From contig CAZUFC010000204.1 in the NCBI GenBank assembly GCA_964619725.1, forward strand, positions 1 to 10,663: a stretch of 10,663 nt of DNA. The letters run 5' to 3'. The DNA is from an uncultured bacterium (GTDB taxonomy: Bacteria > CSSED10-310 > CAZUFC01). Position numbers and translations under genes: made by a program. How positions within the stretch are numbered: the stretch's first letter is position 1; each line of letters begins with the position of its first letter. Of the stretch, positions 1 to 7,589 are shown piece after piece. The notes beneath the pieces are model-generated. The model did not search any database. It saw only the letters and a list, made by a program, of their open reading frames with translations, and was not told where the DNA came from.

Positions 1-37
1 ACTCACCGCTTTTTTTTCATCAAGGGCGGGATGTTTC

Positions 38-106
38 GGGATGGGGGTAGGGGTAGGGGTAGGGGTGGGGGCCGGGATCGGGGTCAGGGTCGGGATCGGG
101 TCGGGG
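38..106 (+). repeat. G-rich degenerate hexamer tandem repeat (GGGGTA / GGGATC / GGGGTC), G-quadruplex-capable
   Basis: Twelve runs of 3-5 G with about 6-nt periodicity and 1-3 nt linkers between 38 and 106. Confidence 0.8.
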
Positions 107-549
107 CCTCTATCGCAATCGGAACAAATAATTACGAGGAGATATGTTTTGTCTTCATCTGTTTTTCAAAGCTTCTGGATTATTCAAGGCTTTGAAAATC
201 GTGACTGAGATACACGGATATCTGATCAATGCCGGATCATACTTCAGCAAACCACCGTGAAACGCCATAACCATTTTTCCCGGAGCTGGGGGCAGGTTCC
301 CGGATATCCGAAGATTCCCGAAGGTCTCAGCTCAGCCATAGATGCTGGTTGCCGGGCGCTTGGGCAAAAGCTTAGTAACCTTTAGGGAGCAGATTACCAA
401 TCTCTAACGGATGATTCATTCTTCAGTCGAGGTCGTTCCCGAAAAGCACCGCCTTTTTTCTTAATTCCGGGACTACAATCAAGTCCATATTTAATCATCT
501 GCCGCGAAGCGGCCCGATTAATTCTCGCCCTGCGAGAAGTAATCTTTGA

Positions 550-577
550 TTGACTTTGAGCGTGATAACGTTAAGAT
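550..577 (+). promoter_or_regulatory. Candidate sigma70 promoter for selD-fusA paralog
   Basis: TTGACT (550-555), 16-nt spacer, TAAGAT (572-577). Followed by hairpin AATGAGA-TGCGG-TCTCATT (578-596) and RBS AAAGGAG (631-637). Confidence 0.4.
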
Positions 578-643
578 AATGAGATGCGGTCTCATTTCCG
601 GGGCATGCTTCTCTGGAGAGTCCGGCGATGAAAGGAGTATTTT

Positions 644-1705
644 TTGAAGGACAAGGTGAAAATACCGCCATTGACGTCATTCAGTCACGGAGCTGGTTGA
701 GCATGCAAGATAGGTCTTGAGGACCTGACTCAGGTTCTGAGTCAATCGAAGATAGCAGTTGTTCCAGATTTAAACGTATTAGTTGGTTCTGACATGTTTG
801 ACGATGCTGCCGTATATCGCATCAGTCCTGATACGGCGATTGTGCAGTCCACTGATTTTTTTGCTCCGGTAGTGGATGATGCTTATCAGTTCGGCGCAAT
901 AGCGGCGGCAAACAGTTTAAGCGACATTTATGCCATGGGAGCCGTCCCCTTGTTTGCGCTGAATATAGTGTGTTTTCCCACGAAGAAGCTGCCATTGAGC
1001 GTTCTGGCGGAGATCATCCGGGGCGGAGCGGACAAGGCGTCTGAAGCGGGGATACAGATACTCGGCGGTCATTCCATAGATGATCCTGAACCGAAGTACG
1101 GCATGGTTGTAACCGGTAAAATCCATCCTGATCGAATAGTCAGGAATACGGGAGCGCTGCCGGGCGATCGTCTCATCCTGACGAAGCCTCTGGGATCGGG
1201 CATAATAACAACGGGGATAAAAAAGGGAATGGTTTCGGCGCGGGGTGTTGAGAAAGTCGTTGATGTAATGAGCCGGTTAAACCGTGAAGCGTCCGAAGTT
1301 ATGCAGGAAACCGGTGTGCACGCGGCGACCGACGTAACCGGTTTCGGTTTGATGGGTCATTTGCGGGAAATGCTGTCGGGGGAGCAATTGTCGGCAACGG
1401 TTCATTTTAAATCGATCCCCATACTTCAAGAGGCATTGGAGCTTGCAGAGGCTGATATAGCGCCGGGAGGCAGCAGGAAGAACCTCAAGTTTCTGACGCC
1501 CCATCTTCGTCCGGCTGAAGGCATAACGCGAAAACAACTACTGCTGTTGTGCGATGCGCAGACATCGGGCGGTTTATTAATGGCGATACCCCCGGCGAAT
1601 GCGGAACGGACGATTAAGCTTTTGCATCAAAAGCCGGCATTGGTTTCGGCGGCTGACATAGGATATTTTACAGATGAAAAGGGCGGCAATATAAGGGTGG
1701 AGTGA
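644..1705 (+). CDS. selD: Selenide, water dikinase (selenophosphate synthetase), selenocysteine-containing; UGA 698-700 = Sec19; 353 aa
   Basis: The frame of ORF 794..1705 extends upstream as [32 protein letters not shown], matching the SelD N-terminal motif (E. coli LTQYSHGAGCGCKI). TTG start at 644 lies 6 nt after AAAGGAG, with an in-frame stop at 629. Body motifs: [43 protein letters not shown]. Confidence 0.96.
712..744 (+). promoter_or_regulatory. Candidate bacterial SECIS element(s) of selD
   Basis: Hairpin AGGTC-TTGAG-GACCT (712-726) starts 11 nt after the UGA. A second perfect hairpin TGACTCAG-GTT-CTGAGTCA (726-744) follows directly. Confidence 0.65.
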
Positions 1706-1715
1706 GGCGATACAA

Positions 1716-3785
1716 ATGGCAAAAAAAACGGCGGTTCCAATAGAAAAAATAAGAAATATCGGGATAATGGCTCATATTGATGCCGGGAAAACGACCGTAA
1801 CGGAGCGATTTTTATACTACAGCGGCAAATCGCATCGCATAGGGGAAGTGGACGACGGAGCTGCAGTGATGGACTGGATGCAACAGGAAAAGGAGCGCGG
1901 CATAACGATAACCTCAGCCGCCACAACATGCAACTGGCTCAATCACAGCATCAATCTGATCGACACTCCGGGTCATGTCGATTTCACGGCTGAAGTCGAA
2001 CGCAGTTTAAGGGTCCTGGACGGCGCTATAGGCGTATTCTGTTCAGTCGGAGGCGTTGAACCTCAGTCGGAAACCGTATGGCACCAGGCGGACAGGTATA
2101 AAGTCCCGCGCCTGGCTTTCGTCAACAAAATGGACCGGATCGGCGCAGATTTCTATGAAGTGATAGATTCCATGATCAAAAAATTAGGCGGGAATCCCAT
2201 TCCCGTTCAATTGCCTATTGGAGCAGAAGCGGATTTCCGAGGAGTCGTCGATCTGGTGACGATGAAAGCGATCTTCTGGGAGGAGCAGGATTTCGGCAAT
2301 GTCTTTAAAATTGAGGAAATCCCTGATGATATGACCGACCAGGCGAATGAATACCGCATAAAATTGCTGGAGCATGTGCTCGAGTATGACGACGCTCTTC
2401 TCGCCGGGTATCTGGACGGCCAGGAACCTACAGAGGATGAAATGCGGGGTTTGATTCGCCGCGGAGTCCTGGACCTTAAGTTATATCCCGTATTCTGCGG
2501 TTCGGCGCTGAAAAATAAAGGCGTTCAACCCCTCTTCAACGGCGTGATACAGTACCTGCCTTCTCCAAAGGACGTTCCTCCCATAACCGGCAGAGACCCC
2601 CGCACCGGACAATTAATACACTGCAAATGTGATCCTGAAGCCTCCCTTTCCGCTCTCATTTTCAAAATTCAAAATGACCCCGAACGTAGAAAACTCTATT
2701 ATATTCGTATCTACTCAGGAAAAATGAAACTAAGCGAAACAGCCTACAATCCCAGGCTGGATAAATCCGAAAAGATAAACAGGATACTAAGAATGCATTC
2801 CAATAAAAGGGAAAGAGTCGATTTAGCTTCTGCGGGCGAGATCATCGCTTCGATGGGTTTGAAAGAATGTATAACGGGCGATACGCTATGCGATAAGAAT
2901 GAACCCATATTGCTTGAAAAAGTGGAATTTCCTGAACCCGTCATTTCCGTTTCAATAGAACCCCGCACCATAGCCGATCAGAACAAACTGGAAAATGCCC
3001 TGCAGAATCTGATGGAAGAGGACCCCACGTTCCGGGTTTCTTTGAACGAAGAAACGGGACAAACCATTATATCGGGCATGGGCGAACTGCATCTTGAAAT
3101 TCTTGTGGACCGGCTGATAAGGGATTTCAAAGTGAAAGCGAGAGTGGGCAAACCCCAGGTCGCTTACAGAGAAAACATTTCCGAAAAGGTAAGACATGAG
3201 GAGAAATTTTCAAAGATCATGGGCGGTCAGAATCATTTTGCTCATGTCATTTTAAAGGTGCGGCCCAACGAACGGGGAGAAGGAAACCTTTTCATCGAGA
3301 ATCTCAGTAACCCCGAAGCGCTGACGCCGGCTTTCGTTCAAGCCGTCAAGGAGAGCATTGAGGGTAGTTACTCCGGGGGCGTGCTGATGGGTTATCCGAT
3401 GGTGGACGTTATCGTGGAACTGACGGGCGGAAGTTACAGTCTGGAGAATTCTACAGATGGGGATTTCAGGTTTGTGGCATCCAAGGCGTTCTATGATGCC
3501 TGCCGTAAAGCTAAACCGGTCCTGCTGGAACCGATAATGTCCCTGGAAATCGTTATTCCTTCTGATTTCACGGGCGACATCATCGGCAATATGCAACAGC
3601 GAAAAGGCACTGTAGACCAAATTGTCCCCAAAACCCAATTCCAAATCATCAGAGCCAAAGCGCCTCTTTCTCAGATGTTCGGGTATGCCACAGAGTTACG
3701 CTCGTTGACCCAGGGCCGGGGAACCTTCTCCATGCATTTCTCCCATTTCGGCGTCGTAGAAAACAAAAAGGATAAAGAATTCTGA
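1716..3785 (+). CDS. fusA: Elongation factor G paralog (stand-alone EF-G2/spdEFG2-like), 689 aa
   Basis: G-domain motifs [61 protein letters not shown]. Not flanked by rpsL/rpsG/tuf. Domain IV loops are divergent. Confidence 0.95.
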   Translation: MAKKTAVPIEKIRNIGIMAHIDAGKTTVTERFLYYSGKSHRIGEVDDGAAVMDWMQQEKERGITITSAATTCNWLNHSINLIDTPGHVDFTAEVERSLRVLDGAIGVFCSVGGVEPQSETVWHQADRYKVPRLAFVNKMDRIGADFYEVIDSMIKKLGGNPIPVQLPIGAEADFRGVVDLVTMKAIFWEEQDFGNVFKIEEIPDDMTDQANEYRIKLLEHVLEYDDALLAGYLDGQEPTEDEMRGLIRRGVLDLKLYPVFCGSALKNKGVQPLFNGVIQYLPSPKDVPPITGRDPRTGQLIHCKCDPEASLSALIFKIQNDPERRKLYYIRIYSGKMKLSETAYNPRLDKSEKINRILRMHSNKRERVDLASAGEIIASMGLKECITGDTLCDKNEPILLEKVEFPEPVISVSIEPRTIADQNKLENALQNLMEEDPTFRVSLNEETGQTIISGMGELHLEILVDRLIRDFKVKARVGKPQVAYRENISEKVRHEEKFSKIMGGQNHFAHVILKVRPNERGEGNLFIENLSNPEALTPAFVQAVKESIEGSYSGGVLMGYPMVDVIVELTGGSYSLENSTDGDFRFVASKAFYDACRKAKPVLLEPIMSLEIVIPSDFTGDIIGNMQQRKGTVDQIVPKTQFQIIRAKAPLSQMFGYATELRSLTQGRGTFSMHFSHFGVVENKKDKEF

Positions 3786-3846
3786 TTTTATCTGATTCAG
3801 TTTAATTTTTGTTTTAAAACCTCAGCGATTATTATATGATAAAACT

Positions 3847-3896
3847 GATTCGGATTCCAGGCGGCGTTTTACCGGTATTTCCGAATCGCTTTTGTT
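3847..3896 (+). terminator. Possible terminator/attenuator hairpin between fusA paralog and aroB
   Basis: GATTCGGA (3847-3854) and TCCGAATC (3880-3887) form an inverted repeat followed by GCTTTTGTT. The loop is large, so the call is weak. Confidence 0.3.
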
Positions 3897-3935
3897 GTCG
3901 TAATCGGTTATTCGAGTTATCAGCGATAAAGTTAA

Positions 3936-5030
3936 ATGAGGGGAAAAATTAAAATAAAGGTTGATTTAAAGGACCAGGATTATTCTATATTTATCGGACG
4001 CCGGCTCTTCCAGGGAACTTGTCAGGAGCTGATTGAATCGATTGAAGACAGAAATGTAGTCATGGTGACGGACGCGATGGTCGACGGGCTTTATGGAGAC
4101 GCTTTTTTTAAAATGATCGTCGAGCATGCAGGCGGGGCTTACCGGTATGCATTTCCTTCAGGCGAGCCGTCCAAAAACATGACCGAATTGTCCCGGTTAC
4201 TCTCTTTTATGGCTCAGAAAGATTTGGACAGGCATTCTTTGCTGGCGATATTAGGAGGAGGCGTTCCGGGCGATATGGGAGGCTTGGCGGCTGCTGTCTT
4301 CAAAAGAGGCATTTCTTACATACAGGTCCCGACGACTTTGATCGCTCAAATCGACAGCAGCGTCGGAGGAAAAACCGCGGTGAATCTGCCTGAAGGGAAA
4401 AACCTGGTCGGCTCTTTTCATCAGCCGGAAGGTGTTTTCATTGATCCGGACTATCTGATGACCCTGGAGCGAAAAGACTGGCTGAGCGGACTGGGTGAGT
4501 TGGTTAAATATGGTGTTCTGATTTCGGAATCTTTCCTGGAAAAAGTCGAATCCCTGCCTTCTTTCCCCTGGAATAGGCTGCCGGAAACGTTCCCGGAAAT
4601 CATAGCCGACTGCTGCAGGTATAAAGCGAAAATCACTGAAAAAGATGCTCATGAAAAAGGATTGCGTATGCTGCTTAACCTGGGACATACCATAGGACAC
4701 GCAATAGAAGCTGTCCAGGGATACGGCGCCTGCACTCACGGAGAAGCCGTCGCTTTCGGTTTATGCGGCGCTTTGGAAATTGCCCGATTAAGGAATAAAA
4801 TATCCCCGACTGTCATAAACAGGTTGCGCGCTTTGATGAAAAAATTCGGATTCTCTGAAAATTGCCCGGAACTGAATGCAGAGGAAATCCTCAAATTCAT
4901 GGTGCGGGATAAAAAAAGAAAAAGGGGGCAGTGCGTTATGGTCATTCCCGGCGCCGTGGGACGAGTTTCTATCGTTGAGGATATAGAAATAAAGGAAATC
5001 AAACAGGCGATCGACTGCATAATCGGATAA
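3936..5030 (+). CDS. aroB: 3-dehydroquinate synthase, 364 aa
   Basis: GEPSKN, LGGGVPGDMGG, RGISYIQVPTTLIAQIDSSVGGKTAVN, KNLVGSFHQP, GLGELVKYG, LNLGHTIGHAIE, HGEAVA, DKK. Confidence 0.96.
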   Translation: MRGKIKIKVDLKDQDYSIFIGRRLFQGTCQELIESIEDRNVVMVTDAMVDGLYGDAFFKMIVEHAGGAYRYAFPSGEPSKNMTELSRLLSFMAQKDLDRHSLLAILGGGVPGDMGGLAAAVFKRGISYIQVPTTLIAQIDSSVGGKTAVNLPEGKNLVGSFHQPEGVFIDPDYLMTLERKDWLSGLGELVKYGVLISESFLEKVESLPSFPWNRLPETFPEIIADCCRYKAKITEKDAHEKGLRMLLNLGHTIGHAIEAVQGYGACTHGEAVAFGLCGALEIARLRNKISPTVINRLRALMKKFGFSENCPELNAEEILKFMVRDKKRKRGQCVMVIPGAVGRVSIVEDIEIKEIKQAIDCIIG

Positions 5031-5034
5031 AATT

Positions 5035-6492
5035 ATGAATCACTTAAACGAAAATAAATCAAAGTCCATTGACCCTGATGAAATTCCCGAATTGAATGAG
5101 GATAAAGGCGAAAAGGACAAGATCAGCAAAAACACTATCCTGTTCGTCGATGACGATGATGCCATACTCAACATGGTCAAACTTTTCTTTTCAGACGGCG
5201 AGTACGATATTCTGACTGCTGAAAACGGCAAAAAAGCGCTTGATATCGTCCTGGACAATGTGATCGACGTCATAGTCACCGACATCAAAATGCCGGAAAT
5301 GAGCGGGGATGAGCTATTTCATAAAATCAACCGGGAGCATCCTCATATTCCTGTCATACTGCTTTCTGGTCAGGACGACATACAACTGGCCGTAGACCTG
5401 ATCAAAGAGGGCGTTTTCTATTATTTCCAGAAACCCGTAGACCTGGACCAACTCAGTCTGATCATCGGCAGGGCGCTTGAAGCAAAAAGCCTGGAGCGAC
5501 AGGTTCATTACCTGCGCATGGAATTGAAAAAGCATTACATGTTCGACAACATTATCGGCAAATCGTTTGTAATGCAGGAAATATTCAAAACCGTAAAAAC
5601 CGTCGCAGACTCCAACGCCACCGTCCTGATACAGGGCGAAAGCGGAACGGGAAAAGAACTGGTAGCTCAAGCCATTCATTATAACAGCATACGGTCCGAT
5701 AAAAATTTCGTTCCCGTCAACTGCGGCGCCATCCCCGGCGAATTACTGGAAAGCGAACTCTTCGGATACGAAAAAGGCGCTTTTACCGGCGCTGTTTCAT
5801 CCAAACTCGGTAAACTGGAATTCGCTGACGGCGGCACTTTGTTCTTTGATGAAATAGGCGAAATGCCCCAGAACCTCCAGGTTAAACTGCTCAGGTTTCT
5901 GCAGGACAGAAAGCTTTCACGTCTCGGTTCCACAGACGTCAGAGAAATAAATGTCCGCGTTCTGGCTGCAACGAATAAAATTCTCAAAGAAGAAGTCGAC
6001 GCCGGCAGCTTCAGAAAAGACCTGTTTTACCGGTTGAGCGTCATCCCGATATATATCCCCGCACTCAAAGAAAGAAAAGAAGACATCCCCCTCCTGGTTC
6101 AACATTTCTTTCAAAAATACAAGAAAAGGGAAAATAAAAAACTAAAAGAGATCGACAAAAACGTCATCAATCGCCTGATGCACTATGACTGGCCGGGAAA
6201 TATCAGAGAACTCGAAAACATAATAGAACGCGCCGTGGTCATCTGCTCGAAAAACAACATAACCGTAGAGGACCTTCCGCCTGAAATAGCAGGAACGGGA
6301 AGCGGCGATGTCAAGTGCATGACTGCCGAGCTTCCGGAAGAGGGCATAACCATTAAGCAGATGACGAGAGAACTGATCATCAAAACGCTTGAAAAAACCA
6401 GGGGAAACAAATCAAAAGCCGCCAGGATGCTCGGCATAACCAGAAAAGCCCTGTATGCCCGGTTGAAAGATTACGATGACGTAGAAATTTGA
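5035..6492 (+). CDS. Sigma54-dependent two-component response regulator (NtrC/AtoC/ZraR family): REC + AAA+ + Fis-HTH, 485 aa
   Basis: Receiver: VDDD, TDIKMPEMSG, QKP. AAA+: Walker A GESGTGKE, ESELFGYEKGAFTGA, Walker B LFFDEIGE, AATNK, FRKDLFYRL, WPGNIREL. HTH: GNKSKAARMLGITRKALY. Confidence 0.95.
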   Translation: MNHLNENKSKSIDPDEIPELNEDKGEKDKISKNTILFVDDDDAILNMVKLFFSDGEYDILTAENGKKALDIVLDNVIDVIVTDIKMPEMSGDELFHKINREHPHIPVILLSGQDDIQLAVDLIKEGVFYYFQKPVDLDQLSLIIGRALEAKSLERQVHYLRMELKKHYMFDNIIGKSFVMQEIFKTVKTVADSNATVLIQGESGTGKELVAQAIHYNSIRSDKNFVPVNCGAIPGELLESELFGYEKGAFTGAVSSKLGKLEFADGGTLFFDEIGEMPQNLQVKLLRFLQDRKLSRLGSTDVREINVRVLAATNKILKEEVDAGSFRKDLFYRLSVIPIYIPALKERKEDIPLLVQHFFQKYKKRENKKLKEIDKNVINRLMHYDWPGNIRELENIIERAVVICSKNNITVEDLPPEIAGTGSGDVKCMTAELPEEGITIKQMTRELIIKTLEKTRGNKSKAARMLGITRKALYARLKDYDDVEI

Positions 6493-6609
6493 ACGGTAAA
6501 GACAAGGTTATGCTCCCCCATTAAAGCAAGACGGCATTGATCAAAAAGCGTCTTTTGAGGATGCAATTCGACAGAATCGTCTATCATTTTTTTTCGACTT
6601 CGATCCTGA

Positions 6610-6652
6610 AATTCGACATATAATTGGCGCGTAAATCGAATTGTGATATATT
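6610..6652 (+). promoter_or_regulatory. Candidate sigma70 promoter of the TA operon with an overlapping inverted repeat (possible operator)
   Basis: TTGGCG (6624-6629), 17 nt, then extended -10 TGa-TATATT (6644-6652). AATTCGA (6610-6616) and TCGAATT (6636-6642) bracket the -35. Confidence 0.45.
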
Positions 6653-6723
6653 GATATCGGCACGGACCTGTTGGCGGGAAGATGAAAATCCTGATCTAAA
6701 CAGGAAATGCAAAGGAATGAATC

Positions 6724-7044
6724 ATGAGCATGCCGACATCAAAACCTGTTTACGAACACATTTTGCATGACGAATTCGGCGTACCTTACATTTCTGGAAC
6801 AAAGACAAAAGTAATTGAACTTGTTTTGGGCAAAATTGCCCATGGTTGGAGCGCTGAAGAATTAAAATTTCAATTCCCGTTTTTGACGATGGGGAAAATA
6901 CATTCAGCATTGGCATACTATTGGGATCATCAGGATGAGCTGCATCAGGACATAGAGAGGAGAATGCGTTTGATTGAAACGGTGATGCAACAATCCGGAG
7001 AATCATCTTTGAGATGTAAACTGAAATCAAAGGGATTGCTGTAG
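6724..7044 (+). CDS. DUF433-family protein (putative antitoxin), 106 aa
   Basis: GVPYISGTKTKV...GWSAEEL..QFPFLT..IHSALAYY.DH..E fits the DUF433 pattern. RBS AAAGGA at 6711-6716. Stop overlaps the next start by 1 nt. Confidence 0.88.
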   Translation: MSMPTSKPVYEHILHDEFGVPYISGTKTKVIELVLGKIAHGWSAEELKFQFPFLTMGKIHSALAYYWDHQDELHQDIERRMRLIETVMQQSGESSLRCKLKSKGLL

Positions 7045-7391
7045 TGCCGGTTAAATTATATATGAATCATAATGTGCCGAGATCAATTGCAATTGGGCTC
7101 AAAACTCGTGATGTGGATGTGGTTACCGCATATGAAGACGGCGCTGCAGAATTGGATGATTCTGATTTGCTTGACAGGGCCTTGAAATTGGACAGATTAT
7201 TGTTCTCTCAGGATGATGACTTGATTATAGAAGCAGCCAATCGACAGAGGATTCAGAAACCTTTTTTTGGTGTCGTGTTTGCTCATCAGCTTCATGTTTC
7301 CATTGGGAAAATAATTGAGGATTTGGAGATAATAGCCAAAGCAACGGAACCCGAGGATGTTATTAACGAACTGACATTCCTTCCTCTGTAG
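7044..7391 (+). CDS. DUF5615/Mut7-C-like PIN-domain protein (putative VapC45-like toxin), 115 aa
   Basis: LYMNHNVP...L...DVDV, DDSDLL..A...DRLLFSQDDDL, GVVF. Translationally coupled (TAGTG) to the DUF433 gene, the usual pairing. Confidence 0.85.
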   Translation: MPVKLYMNHNVPRSIAIGLKTRDVDVVTAYEDGAAELDDSDLLDRALKLDRLLFSQDDDLIIEAANRQRIQKPFFGVVFAHQLHVSIGKIIEDLEIIAKATEPEDVINELTFLPL

Positions 7392-7450
7392 GAATGTTGC
7401 GATATGCTCGCTTATCGTGACGGGAACAGTCGAGACCTCCAATCCATCAC

Positions 7451-7500
7451 TCAAAATTCAGATGCAAGAAAAATGCATTTTTCTTGCATCTGAATTTTGA
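7451..7500. repeat. Perfect 50-bp palindrome with no spacer
   Basis: TCAAAATTCAGATGCAAGAAAAATG|CATTTTTCTTGCATCTGAATTTTGA: 25-bp arms are exact reverse complements, centre 7475/7476. Confidence 0.97.
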
Positions 7501-7514
7501 TCAACACCGGCAAT

Positions 7515-7542
7515 TTGACATTTTCGTTTGTGTTTTTATAAA
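7515..7542 (+). promoter_or_regulatory. Candidate sigma70 promoter for the collagen-like gene
   Basis: TTGACA (7515-7520), 16 nt, TATAAA (7537-7542). GGAGG at 7573-7577 precedes ATG 7590. Confidence 0.55.
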
Positions 7543-7589
7543 GAAAAAGGAAGGTATACCGCTAAAAGAACGGGAGGGTCATTGAAATC

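Noticed and set aside
1..165. Minus-strand Pro-Thr-rich reading (PDPIPTLTPIPAPTPTPTP) through the G tract
   Set aside because: The frame is closed by a stop at 168-166 and has no convincing start before the repeat.
144..260. 38-aa + strand ORF MFCLHLFFKASG... after GAGGAG
   Set aside because: The SD lies only 2 nt from the ATG and the product has no recognisable features.
286..340. TPP or cobalamin riboswitch on the minus strand (CTGAGA, GAACCTG, CCGGGAACCTGCC)
   Set aside because: Only fragments match; the remaining conserved core elements are absent.
794..1705. SelD starting at ATG794 as in the ORF track, or selD as a pseudogene
   Set aside because: This start omits the catalytic U/C-x-x-K motif. 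The upstream frame, RBS and hairpins support Sec readthrough from 644.
3783..3840. Sec readthrough of the TGA stops of the fusA paralog (also selD 1703 and regulator 6490)
   Set aside because: The proteins are complete at these stops, with no redox motif context or plausible extension.
6624..6640. Sigma54 -24/-12 promoter TTGGCGCGTAAATCGA
   Set aside because: The -12 element reads GA rather than GC, and a sigma70 reading fits better.
495..7454. Remaining short minus-strand ORFs in the track
   Set aside because: They lie antisense to well-supported genes or promoter regions and have no recognisable motifs.
6537..7504. TTGATCAA at 6537 and 7497 as target-site duplication or ends of a TA insertion; integron cassette
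   Set aside because: An 8-mer match between AT-rich intergenic regions is expected by chance, and no attC or integrase is visible.
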